A stretch of DNA of 62,276 bases, filler included, from Stramenopiles sp. TOSAG23-2 (Eukaryota): assembly GCA_900128395.1 (NCBI GenBank). It is 25 parts of 25 records of this genome, joined end to end, with 100 filler letters (N's around TTAATTAATTAA, not from the genome) between each part and the next. Parts side by side here need not be neighbours in the genome. Positions count along the whole stretch, not along the records: positions 1 to 2,410 come from LT651766.1; positions 2,511 to 4,919 come from LT651767.1; positions 5,020 to 7,428 come from LT651768.1; positions 7,529 to 9,936 come from LT651769.1; positions 10,037 to 12,443 come from LT651770.1; 20 more parts are not named here. One strand, written 5' to 3'. The notes under the pieces are model-generated. The model ran no database searches. It was given only the letters and a program-made list of their open reading frames with translations, and had not been told where the DNA came from. Below are positions 1 through 10,404 of the stretch, piece by piece. How positions within the stretch are numbered: position 1 is the first letter of the stretch; every line of letters starts with the position of its first letter. The translations under genes were made by a program, and so were the position numbers.

Positions 1-52
1 TTTGATATTGTTACAACTGGTTTAGCTGGGAATTAATACAACGTACGACTTC

Positions 53-83
<31 letters not shown>

Positions 84-343
84 AAGAAATTAAGAGGGGG
101 GAAGAGAATGAAAAGTTTTTTATATTATTTTTATACTCGTATATATATCATAGGCGAAATAATTACTCTCGAGAGATAATATAAAAAAATAATAATAAAA
201 CCATTACCTCGAGTCGTACCGAATTCGTACGTATATATATTACAATTAAAATGCAATAACTTTTTATTTTTTAATATTTAATTGTAATATATTATTCGGT
301 ATTTAATTATCATTTTAGAAGAGTGTGTAAATTATCCGGCACT

Positions 344-2011
344 CTACAACTTTGCACTTGTTAAATTATTAACACTTTGACGAATGGCAAGGTAAATTGG
401 ATTTGTTCTTTCTGCATCACCATTTGCAACACCATCGTTACCACCAGTTACAGTATATGCGAAACCTATATTATCATGTGGATTAAACCAAAGAGATGAA
501 CCACCAAATCCTCCCCACCCGTAAACATTCTTCCCATACAAACGTTCTAATACGTGTCTACGATCTTTAAATCCAAATTTTTCACAATGATTGTCAAGTC
601 CACAATTTGTAAATGCCGTATCACCAACAACGCCTAACCAAAATGGATTTACCAATGCCTCATTTCCTCTAGCTGCATTTTGAACTGGATTACCAATTGC
701 ACGTATAGCACCTTCATGACTTATAATTTCACTACCATTTGTATTATTACATGCCATACTCATTGCAGACATAACTTTAGCCAATCCTTTGGCACTTGCA
801 CGTCCAGATGCGGAAGGAGAATCATAATTCATAGAACCAGGAGATTGTGTATAAAAAAAGCCATCTTTCACTTTTTCCCATTCCCATGTTTTACCATGTA
901 TTTCATAGACTTTTTTTTGATCCAAAGACATCGTGTTTATCGATTTGTTTGATGGATTTAGACTTGGGTGTTCTTTACTTGCATCGGAATTGAAAAATTC
1001 CATTCTACTTTTGCCAGTTTTCGACAATGGCTTCTTCTCTGTGGTGGAAGCTGCCGCCATATGCTTTCGTACAATTGGTGGTACCATTAAATTTGCAAAT
1101 CTCCAACCTTTTGGAGGCCCTTGCAAAATTCCTATGGATACCTCTTTTTCCCATCCAAATGGATGTCTGCCACAATATGCCTGTGCATTTAATTTGCTTG
1201 AAACTTCTTCATGTAATATCTCACCAATTGTTCGTCCTTTTGGATCAGCTCTTATTGTAATTTGATTTAATATTAATCCACGACTCAAAGCATGATACAA
1301 TCTTGGTATTTTTCCCTTATCAGGACCACTGCTCCATCGAAATGGCGTTTGCCTTGCAAGAATTGTACTTAAACGCCCTTTTCTATTTTTTTGATCAAAC
1401 ATATCTTCATAGGTTACTGTTTCTTTCAATTCATGCATACCACCATCATGTCTCAATATATCAGCAATTGTTAAATTTTCTTTACCATTTTGAGCAAATT
1501 CTGGCCAGTGTTTGCTTACCTTATCGTCGTAATTTAGCCAACCACGATCTGCGCAAACTGCCATGCATACACTAGCAAGTGCTTTTGTACTACTGAAGAC
1601 AATTTGTACAGTATCTGAATTATAACCTCTTGGTGGTCCAGTATTCATTGTTGCAACTTGATTGGTTCCATAAATGTCAACTACCAGATTACCTTTATGA
1701 AAGATACAACATTGAGAATTTCTTTCAAGTCCTTTTTGAAAGTTTGATTCAAATGCTTTACGTACTGGTTCCCATCCAGGTGCTACATTTCCACCAATAG
1801 TATATCTTGGTTGTTCTTCCCCATTACTAAACGTTCCTTTTCCAGCCTGTGATATTGCATCCTTTAAGTTCAAGTTTGGCATAGCATTGACGTTGCCACT
1901 TTTACTATTTTGTTTTAAAATTTCATCAATAATAGCAGTTTCCTGTTCTGTTGATAAATTATGAAATCCAAGTGTTTTGAATAATGTTTGAAATTGTGCA
2001 GTTGTGGACAT
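344..2011 (-). CDS. Beta-lactamase-family serine hydrolase (class C / esterase-like), probably peroxisomal
   Basis: 555-aa complete ORF. SxxK motif (FSSTK), the family signature LNYDDKVSKHWPEFAQNGKENLTIADILRHDGG, YHAL and GWGGFGGS motifs. C-terminal AKL is PTS1-like. Confidence 0.88.
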   Translation of the reverse strand: MSTTAQFQTLFKTLGFHNLSTEQETAIIDEILKQNSKSGNVNAMPNLNLKDAISQAGKGTFSNGEEQPRYTIGGNVAPGWEPVRKAFESNFQKGLERNSQCCIFHKGNLVVDIYGTNQVATMNTGPPRGYNSDTVQIVFSSTKALASVCMAVCADRGWLNYDDKVSKHWPEFAQNGKENLTIADILRHDGGMHELKETVTYEDMFDQKNRKGRLSTILARQTPFRWSSGPDKGKIPRLYHALSRGLILNQITIRADPKGRTIGEILHEEVSSKLNAQAYCGRHPFGWEKEVSIGILQGPPKGWRFANLMVPPIVRKHMAAASTTEKKPLSKTGKSRMEFFNSDASKEHPSLNPSNKSINTMSLDQKKVYEIHGKTWEWEKVKDGFFYTQSPGSMNYDSPSASGRASAKGLAKVMSAMSMACNNTNGSEIISHEGAIRAIGNPVQNAARGNEALVNPFWLGVVGDTAFTNCGLDNHCEKFGFKDRRHVLERLYGKNVYGWGGFGGSSLWFNPHDNIGFAYTVTGGNDGVANGDAERTNPIYLAIRQSVNNLTSAKL

Positions 2012-2410
2012 TTTTATAAAGATATTCTTTTTCGTTTGTTCGTGTTAGGTTGTCTGTTTTTATTTACGATATATCTATCTATCATCTACGAGAAGGTCTA
2101 AGCGTATATATAGTAAAAGGCAATAGTAATATTAATATGTTGCATATGGTATATATGTGGAAAAGAAGATAAGACACACATCGATTGGTATATATGGAGG
2201 GAGAAAAGAATAAGAAGATAAGACACACATCGACACATCGTAATTCAACTACTGCTGTTTATAATATCCGATAGGAGAAATATAGTAATAGTATATACTG
2301 ATATAAAATATAAGTATAAAATTTATATAGCTGTATATAGTTTAATTTCATATATATTTGATTCCTTTGATTTTTTTTCACCTTCTTCTTGCACTTCTAG
2401 GACGCCCAGC

Positions 2411-2510
2411 NNNNNNNNNNNNNNNNNNNNNNNNNNNNNNNNNNNNNNNNNNNNTTAATTAATTAANNNNNNNNNNNNNNNNNNNNNNNNNNNNNNNNNN
2501 NNNNNNNNNN
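2411..2510. other. Artificial contig-joining spacer (first of 24 identical ones)
   Basis: 44 N + TTAATTAATTAA (stop codons in all six frames) + 44 N. Repeats at 4920, 7429, 9937, 12444, 14951, 17455, 19957, 22458, 24957, 27456, 29954, 32450, 34943, 37432, 39921, 42408, 44895, 47380, 49865, 52348, 54831, 57314 and 59796. Contig lengths fall from 2410 to 2381 bp without increasing. Confidence 0.98.
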
Positions 2511-2678
2511 CTGGTGCTGCCATTTACAATGGATATATGGTATATCATTGAAGATTGTGGTGTCCAAGATGCGCAATGTCTTGGAAATTAGTGGAGTTGG
2601 TGTATTAAAATAATGTGTGTGGTGTGTAAAAAACTAGAAAAATATCTCGACAAACTTATTTTTTTACGTTACATAATT

Positions 2679-4919
2679 TTAAACTTGTTGCATCTCAGCA
2701 TTGGCATTATTATCTCCATTATTATCTCCATTTTTCATATCATGTGCAGCTTTCGCTAACATTTTGGAAGCATTACTTGTTGATTTCCATCCTTGTCTTT
2801 CTGTTTGAATTAATTGTTCAGAGGATGAAATTAAGTCATCAATATTGCGAGGTGCCATCCTCTCTACTTCGGGCAGAGCAAACCACCACATTTTTAACAT
2901 CTCTAAGCTTGATATGGATGCAGAATATCTTTCCATTTTTTTCCCGACGCCTTCAAACTCCGCCCATGCGATAACAGATGAAGTAACAACACTTACAAAT
3001 GCAACCATTGTACCAAGTCCCATGTATGCGAGCACTGCACCAGATAAGCTCCCACAAATTGTAATTATTTGTACAGCTGCACGGAATCTTGAATATGCTG
3101 GAATTCTTTTTTTGTAAAATGCTATGGATTTTTCCAAACGTGTATTAATATACAAGCTGGGTTTTACTGGGGAATGGTGATTATTGTACATTTCTAATTT
3201 TATACTAGGGTTGATTTTTTTTTTATGTAAACATTTTGTGCATATTTTTTCGAAGCAAGTTTTTGATGTTTTCTCAAATTGGCCATGTTTGTATCTTGGA
3301 TTATACCCTGATCTATGAGACTTTGCATAAAATGCTGTGTGTTTCAGATCCGCTGATTCTAAAATGCCTTCTTCTTGTGACTTAATCATGTTTTGTAACA
3401 TTGTTTCTGCGTTACGATTTACGTTACTTCTGCCTTCTCGATATGGACCAGTCCGTGTTCTAAATTCCCATATCTGGGATTCTATGTCTAATGCAGCAGC
3501 CCTTAATTCTTGCCATCTCCATGCTGGGTTAAGATAACCTGTAAGACCAGCTATAATGGTGCCAAATAATGATAGGCACAAAATGCTGGCATTAAACATC
3601 GAGTCTGTGAGTGAAACATTATTGAGACTCTGTAATATTGTAATTGCTACTATTACATTGCCTGAAAGTAGAAGCAGTGCATAAAAAGTTTTTGCTAATA
3701 TTTTATAATTTGTTGCTGTTGCATGAAAATTGTCGCACATGCACCAAGCCCGTCGTAACAATTTTAACGCTTCCATAGAATGACTTTCTGGTAAATTATC
3801 TATCTTTGCCACTTGACTCATAATACGAGAAATTCCATCAACTTCATACAAACTTTCTGAATAACAATTTTCTGCTGTTAAAAGTTCGTATACAGCCAAC
3901 CAATCTTCTGCACTTCTTTTTGAAAACGCTTTATATCGAATAGAATTGTTTTCACCTGTCTCGTCGCTTTTCCGTTCTTTGGAGAAATTATTATTTTGTT
4001 TTTTTTTCCTACTATCGGAAGTATTATTCTTTTTACCGTCAATCGGGTTAACTATAGCGTATTCCTTTTCGACAATGTATTTTAAATGTGATTTTGCCTC
4101 GTTTTCAACCTCATTTGCTTCCTTCAGTAATTTTTGATACCTAGACGTGTGGGCAAATTCACCATTGCGATTGCGTATTGTCAAATTAGCTTTAAAATTG
4201 TTTATTTGTTTGAACAATACGTCCATATTTTTAGCAGGAACCATTTCAAAAAATATATCAGTTAAAAATTTTCCCACATCGTTTACACTTTCATCCTCGC
4301 CAAACGTAACTATGGCTCCCTTCTCTTCTTCAGCGAGTTTTAATGCTTTCCATAAGGGTGCGTTTCTTTGCCTGTTGTCTTTTTTGTTTACTTTATTAGC
4401 AACTTCAAACATTCCACGTAGATATGCTAATGTTGCTGCATCCCAATGTTCACGATGACCAACAATCGTATCATCATTTAAGCAATTATCTACATTTCCT
4501 ATTGTATTCAAATGCTTAAAAAGCCTTTCCCTTGCAGTGCTTACGACAGTTTGTGACAATTTTTCCTTGCTCAAGTCTTCTGCAAGAGATTTTTTTCTAC
4601 CGGAACCATCTTTAGAATCAATATTTCTATCGAACACTTCTGGTACTTTTAATGCTCCAGTTTTCACTGCTAGGTTGGTATAAGGTGTCTGCATCAAACC
4701 CATATGAGATTCCTCGGTCAACGGCCATCGTTCTCTGGCGTCTAATAAAATGACAGGTATATCACGGCGTAATATATTTACTAATCCACGAATTCCTATG
4801 TTTATGTGGTGTGATTGTATAACAACTGATGGTAATGAGGAAGTGCAGCATTCCACAAATGTGTTTTCAAATCGCGTTTTTGGTGCTCTTCCCAGCGTTA
4901 CAACGCCATCTTTGCTTCG
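2679..4919 (-). CDS. Protein with two tandem SLATT (SMODS/SLOG-associating 2TM effector, DUF4231/SLATT_1-like) domains and a probable N-terminal SLOG/LSDAT remnant; 5'-truncated
   Basis: Frame is open to the contig end. Domain 1: AW..DNFHATA..2 TM..NPAWRWQELRAAALDIESQIWEFRTRTGPY. Domain 2: SPVKPSLYINTRLEKSIAFY..2 TM..ERYSASISSLEMLKMWWFALPEVER..LISSSEQLIQTERQGW. N-terminal SVVIQS..ILRRDIPVILLD resembles the end of a SLOG fold. Confidence 0.75.
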   Translation of the reverse strand, partial: RSKDGVVTLGRAPKTRFENTFVECCTSSLPSVVIQSHHINIGIRGLVNILRRDIPVILLDARERWPLTEESHMGLMQTPYTNLAVKTGALKVPEVFDRNIDSKDGSGRKKSLAEDLSKEKLSQTVVSTARERLFKHLNTIGNVDNCLNDDTIVGHREHWDAATLAYLRGMFEVANKVNKKDNRQRNAPLWKALKLAEEEKGAIVTFGEDESVNDVGKFLTDIFFEMVPAKNMDVLFKQINNFKANLTIRNRNGEFAHTSRYQKLLKEANEVENEAKSHLKYIVEKEYAIVNPIDGKKNNTSDSRKKKQNNNFSKERKSDETGENNSIRYKAFSKRSAEDWLAVYELLTAENCYSESLYEVDGISRIMSQVAKIDNLPESHSMEALKLLRRAWCMCDNFHATATNYKILAKTFYALLLLSGNVIVAITILQSLNNVSLTDSMFNASILCLSLFGTIIAGLTGYLNPAWRWQELRAAALDIESQIWEFRTRTGPYREGRSNVNRNAETMLQNMIKSQEEGILESADLKHTAFYAKSHRSGYNPRYKHGQFEKTSKTCFEKICTKCLHKKKINPSIKLEMYNNHHSPVKPSLYINTRLEKSIAFYKKRIPAYSRFRAAVQIITICGSLSGAVLAYMGLGTMVAFVSVVTSSVIAWAEFEGVGKKMERYSASISSLEMLKMWWFALPEVERMAPRNIDDLISSSEQLIQTERQGWKSTSNASKMLAKAAHDMKNGDNNGDNNANAEMQQV

Positions 4920-6043
4920 NNNNNNNNNNNNNNNNNNNNNNNNNNNNNNNNNNNNNNNNNNNNTTAATTAATTAANNNNNNNNNNNNNNNNNNNNNNNNN
5001 NNNNNNNNNNNNNNNNNNNAAATTGATAAATATTTCCGCAAAAATGATTGATTTTTAACCTCATTTCATACTTTTCTATCAAATTTATAGTCTATCAAGT
5101 ATAAATATAAAAATAGCACTGAATATCACTAACTTGGGTTGTTTTTACTGCCACTGCGATTCTATACCCTGGTATCTGCAACCACCTCTGCATGTGGCAA
5201 CATCGAGTTTGGCAAATTTATCCTCACCGACGATTTTCCAACACAACAACGCAACTATATTTTGATAACTTTGGCTAGTTCCCTTAATTATACATATATA
5301 ACATAGGAATAGCACTAAAAAATCAGTTTTACATTTAGACATCAAAATGAACGAGTGAAACTGTAATGCTATCTATATGCTAATAGATTCTGACGCAGCT
5401 GGCACTGCAATGGCAACTGGTCGACTGCTGGACTGGTCGGATGGAAGAAAAAATAAGAGCAAGAAATTAAAAAAAATGCCTACGGCGAGGACCCTGCTGG
5501 GCCCTAAGCTAACGCCTGCTGCAATAAAAATTAAGTGTTATCAGGAAGTTACCTGTATTTTGCCTATATAAAAGCATACTTTTTTTTGTTAGGAGGTGAA
5601 CTCTATAATGCGGGGAAATAATGAGAGATGCTTCAACAGTCGTCTAATTGTATACATACAAGCAAGGCTGCCAGGATGTTCTTGCAAATGATGAGAAGAT
5701 ATTATGTACGAAGCCTGAAAGCTCACCAAAACCCTTGAAAAAAAACAGTTAATCGAAAATAACCACATTTAACAAGGAGCCATCGTAAATGTAACTTTAA
5801 GTAAAGCAACGTAAATATAATTTTAAGTAAAGGAACGTAAATAACAAATTTCAGAAAATTGCAAGGTCATAAAGATGTTTTGTTATACAGAAATTTTATC
5901 AAGAATAGTTATATGATATAAAGATCATTTCCTGAGACAACTTCTATCAAATTACTTCTGGCTTTACTGAATAAAATAAGAATAAAATAAAATAAAATAT
6001 GATCATTTTTGGCATGCCGTATGTCTGAAAAACTTGTATAGTC

Positions 6044-6556
6044 TTATGACCATAATAGTTTCGATTGATATTTGTCACAGTCTCCTAGATAAGCTGGGGC
6101 ATTTTGCTTAAGACTTAAACAACCATGGTATCTGAAAAGTGGGTAAATGTGAAAATGTTCTTCAGCATGATTCGCACTTGATCGTTTTGCCCATAATAGA
6201 CCTCTTACTAAAAGGTCTGAATTGGTAATGCAAGAAACCAAGTTTATACTACTAGATTGAAAATTGTACGCAAGACACATGCGTATTAATGGGTTATATA
6301 GAACAAATGCATTATATACTACATTGGATCGAGAAACTTTCCAAATAGATCCCCGATAATTATTATTACAACTGAACCCTATTGCCTTTATCACTTTACT
6401 TATACCAATAGAAAGGCATAGATTTGGTGTTTTTGTTGTTGATGATGCTGGAATAAACACTCTGCCATATAACATACGATTTGTAAGTGGAATATGATTA
6501 ATTGATTTGTAAAAATTGTTGTCAAAGCCCCCAGCAGTATCCCCATCCCCAATCAA
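6044..6556 (-). pseudogene. Possible decayed coding remnant (weak glycosyltransferase-like N-terminal motif)
   Basis: 170-aa ORF without a good ATG, surrounded by stop-interrupted coding-like sequence. GGFDNNFYKSINHI..GRVFIP weakly recalls the fucosyltransferase GxxNx start motif. Confidence 0.2.
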
Positions 6557-7528
6557 TATCGTTGGATCATTTTAATTAAAAATTCTCTTGTATTTAACAA
6601 TATATCTACTTTTTATAAAGTTTATGAATATGATAGGCAGAAAGCTTTTAAATGTTCCAATTCTGAATGGATTGTTTTAACTATTCCCAGTCTCAAATTA
6701 TCTCCAATTTAGTATCTACCTTTTCTTCCATTGGTCTTGGAAGTGATGTATCTTTTGCATGTATTTAGCATGTATTAAATATTTTAACCCACACAAGGAA
6801 TATATTTTGGCCGAGGCACGTTTTTGCAGGAATTTGAAAAGTTTTAAGGGATTCACCAAAAAATACTAAAATTGTTCCTCCTCTTTTGAAAAAACTATCA
6901 ATAAATATTGATAGAATTAACTAAAATCACATATCACAACACAAAAATATTTATATTACTTATAAAAATATTAAAAACACAATATATTAATACACCAATG
7001 ACCCACTTTAAAAGATGTTTTAGTTATTAATAATACTTATTATGATACACCAATAGCGTTTTTTTGTAAATATACAATTATTATATGTTGTATATGAAAT
7101 TATTTATATCAAAGTTATATAATTGCACAACATCATAACTAGCGTGTTTGGCAGGAATGTTTTAGTTCATTTGTATATCCAACACTATCGATTTAAAAAA
7201 ATCCCAACAGAGCATTTTTAATAAAACATTGATTTTTAGTTACGTTAGTATATACTATTGAAGAAAACGACAAGTTTTGTATATGGTCAACGTTGACTTT
7301 TTTGTGTAAAATGTATTTTTTTGAAAGTTATACATATTACATTATGGAAAATATTAGGAATCTAGCATGATTATTATCTTTATATTTTGGTAAATTATCA
7401 TCGTATGGTGAAAAAATATATTTAATGTNNNNNNNNNNNNNNNNNNNNNNNNNNNNNNNNNNNNNNNNNNNNTTAATTAATTAANNNNNNNNNNNNNNNN
7501 NNNNNNNNNNNNNNNNNNNNNNNNNNNN

Positions 7529-9936
7529 TTATGAGCCCAACAATCTATAATGAATTGTTTTTCGGTATCTTCTAGACTTATTACTGGTGCTAAATCTACA
7601 TTCGATACATTCAACATGGTTACCTTAGGCACTATATAAACGTAATGCATCGGCTCAGTTTCTAATCGTACACCATATTGTATAAACGTACCTTCAGGGT
7701 TACATAGCGGACCTACAAACTTTACATCAAATCCATATGTATTTTCCTCTGTATCAAATGTCCATAGCTTTGCATCTGCAATGTCATCGTTGACTACGTT
7801 TACGTCCATAAAGCGACTTGGAATATCCCTGTACTGAGGGTCAGATGATACAACGGTATGGGTAACTTTGCATGGAAAAGCAACTGCATTTGTACCTTCG
7901 TCAACTTGGTTACCACCTACTCTGACAGTTATTGCCTTGGATGTTTTATTGTTGAATTGGATTTGCGATGGTGATACCGTGCATGTCATGGTTGGATGGG
8001 TGGGCATTCTCAATACGTTTGCTACTAAATTTACAAAAACGTTTGCTGTTGGATTCAATGTCAACGAAATGCTATATTCAATTGTGGTATTTTCATTCAC
8101 ACGTTGCACATTACTTGGCACGCCAATTAAATCACCTCGGTCCGAGTAGTAATGTATGTACATGCCATTGCTCGTTTGTCCGTCGACAGATACCTTGACC
8201 AATTTCTTATCATTTTCACCCTTTATGCCAACACCATTGTATTGGCATTGTAGTTTGGTATCTGAAATAACTTGAATATTTGAACAGGGGCGTACACAAC
8301 CATCTTCGTAAACGTCAACGACAACATCTTGTTCAACAAAATCTTTTCCTAAAATTTCCATGGTTCCACCTTTCAACGGTGGCGATGTTATATTGACAAT
8401 ACTTGGTGGTGTATATGAAAAAGAAACATTGGATCTCCCAACAATACCATCAATTTTAATCTCAATCATTAAACCTTTCCCAGAGCCGAGGGAGGACCAT
8501 GCTTGTATCCATGTGCTGTTCACAACATTTGCTTGCCATATTTTTCCATCAACTTTTAATTCAATGGTAGAATTAGACATACCAAAATATTCTCCATAGA
8601 AGGACGTGTTGACACCTCCTTGCGTAGTAGTATTATCTGGCGTTAATGATGTAATTCTTGGCGGATACAAACAATCTGAGATATCATCATGAAATGTCCT
8701 TATTTGTATTCCAATTGGTTTAGTAACTTTACCAATGGGACAATTTGTACAGTTGCTTTGGCCAGTAATATTTTGAAAAGTATTGGCAAGGCATATGGAA
8801 CAAATATTTTGATTTTCCCCGTAAGTGCCACGTGAGCAATTTCTACATCCATCAGATGCAATGCGTGCCCCTGTTTTAAATCCATATTTTCCAAGTGGGC
8901 AAAAATCTGGACAACCAATTTCTATTGTGGGGCTACCTGATACATCTCCATACCTACCAGTAGAACAGTTGTTACACCCGTGTGATTCATTTTTCCCGCC
9001 TAAGAGTACACCATATCTACCAGCACCACAATTGTGACAATTTATTGCTCCAATTTTATTTGAATATTTACCAAATGCACAAAGAAAACATCCACTTGAT
9101 TCCGTTTCAGCACCAGTAACATTTCCATAGGTACCAGATGAACAATTTTCACATCCATTAAATGTACTTGTTGCGCCAATTTTGTCGGATTTCCCATACA
9201 TACCATGAGGGCAACCGAAACATTCTGTTGATATACCAGTTATATTGGCATACCTTCCATTTGGACATAATGCACATGATTGTTGTTCTGGTAAATATTG
9301 ATTATTAGTATTTGATATATTTCCATGTTTTCCAATTGGACAATCGATGCAATTTTTTGTAGTAAAATTATAATATTTTCCACGATTACATGTATAACTT
9401 TTATTACATATTACACCTAACTTTGGATTTGTATTATCTACTGCATTGCATGTACCTGTAAATGGTTCTTCGGTACATAAATTATTTGGACATGTTTTCC
9501 ATGTTGGTGATCCATTTGCTGTGTTTTCATAAATATTATTATTATTATTTGGATTGTTGAAATATGTATTTATTAATGATATGGTTGGTGAGTCAGATGT
9601 ATATATTTCATCACCATTATCAGTTGCATCATTATTGATGAATGATGATTGACGGAGCGTGACTGTAGTGCTATCACCTTGTATATAGAGGCCGCCTCCA
9701 TCATCACCAGCATCATTATTTGATATGATTGTATTCTTCATTGTTACATCACTGCTATGTATTCTTATACCACAACCATCATAACTAGCTTGATTATTAT
9801 CTATCGTTGTATTGTATATAGTAGCAACAGCATTAGCCATATAAATACCTCCACCAGACCCATCACTAGCTTCATTATTATGAATAATACTATTATATAT
9901 ATTCATAATCGCATTCTTATTCGTACTACTAGCACC
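7529..9936 (-). CDS. Large cell-surface protein fragment: parallel beta-helix (GGGI/GGGL) repeats, Cys-rich ephrin-receptor-like (GCC2/GCC3-type) repeats and IPT/TIG domains; open at both ends
   Basis: NNEAS..GGGIY and NNDAGDDGGGLY repeats; about 9 CxxCxxG(K/R/T)Y repeats; PRITSLTP..TTQGG..FYGEYFG and PPSIVNITSP..GG.MEILGKDF IPT motifs; many NxS/T sequons. Confidence 0.8.
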
Positions 9937-10404
9937 NNNNNNNNNNNNNNNNNNNNNNNNNNNNNNNNNNNNNNNNNNNNTTAATTAATTAANNNNNNNN
10001 NNNNNNNNNNNNNNNNNNNNNNNNNNNNNNNNNNNNGCAACTGCCAACATCCCATCACTCCAAAATGCAACATCCATTGGGGTTGAACAAAGTTATTTTG
10101 GAATAAAAATTCCCGCTCACTTACAATGCTCTCCATATCATGCAAATTGAAAAAGTGTAGTGAAAGAAAAAAAAACCGAAGAAAAAGTGGAGGAGAGGCC
10201 AGAGAAAAATGGGAGGAGGGAGGAGGTTGTTTTTTGTGTTTTCCACAGTGTTATTTTTTACAGCAGCAGTGTCAATATATATAAGCCCAGAATTACAGAA
10301 AAAATGTCATGAGGCTGACACAGGATGGAAAATACCTGATATTAGGACAGCCCCTTACAAACCAGAGAGAGAATCTCTCTGACAATATTTTGAAAACGCG
10401 AAAA

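Noticed and set aside
344-2011. Antibiotic-resistance beta-lactamase
   Set aside because: No signal peptide, long insertions and a PTS1-like end; it fits the eukaryotic serine-hydrolase/esterase members of the fold.
2455-2466. TTAATTAATTAA recurring every ~2.5 kb as a biological periodic motif
   Set aside because: It is always embedded in identical N padding and is a synthetic six-frame stop linker.
5688-5719. Box C/D snoRNA (ATGATGA..CTGA)
   Set aside because: The boxes are only about 20 nt apart, with no terminal stem or recognisable guide sequence.
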